From assembly GCF_001194135.2 (NCBI RefSeq), contig NC_068983.1, positions 9,174,794 through 9,209,858 of the forward strand: a stretch of 35,065 bases of DNA, written 5' to 3'. Below, piece after piece: positions 34,996 through 35,065 of the stretch. The notes beneath the pieces are model-generated. The model saw only the letters and a list, made by a program, of their open reading frames with translations. It did not search any database and was not told the DNA's origin. Origin of the DNA: Octopus bimaculoides. Its lineage: Eukaryota. Every line of letters begins with the position of its first letter. Position 1 is the stretch's first letter. The position numbers were made by a program, and so were the translations under genes.

Positions 34996-35065
<70 letters not shown>
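34818..35065 (+). mobile_element. SINE family A, 5' module running into (TG)n at the window end
   Basis: GGTGCAGGAGAG...CCGGGTTCAATTC...CACCTTGGGCAAATGTCTT...GTGGATTTGGTAGAC...AGAAGCCTGTCG. Confidence 0.9.

Overview
AT-rich eukaryotic non-coding DNA from a fragmented draft assembly, with 12 N-gaps, most of them bordered by microsatellites. The repeat families and microsatellite load look like an octopus/coleoid cephalopod genome; this is an inference from recalled repeat families, not a search. I found no host gene exon, true tRNA/rRNA gene or CRISPR array, and most ORF-track entries are translated microsatellites or N-runs. What the sequence supports: (i) two decayed Tc1-type DNA transposons, one with DD36E spacing (3105-4469) and one with DD34E spacing (about 24620-26017); (ii) fragments of R4/Dong-like RLE non-LTR retrotransposons, three of them stacked in an (AAT)n tract at 31.6-33.2 kb; (iii) a 5'-truncated Penelope-like fragment with a 10-bp TSD; (iv) at least three tRNA-headed SINE families, including one SINE nested antisense inside an older relative with a 14-bp TSD; (v) four unrelated minimal type I hammerhead-ribozyme motifs with palindromic stem III, two with an intact catalytic core (1849-1904 and 11969-12014, both minus strand). 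The hammerhead set is the most interesting signal.
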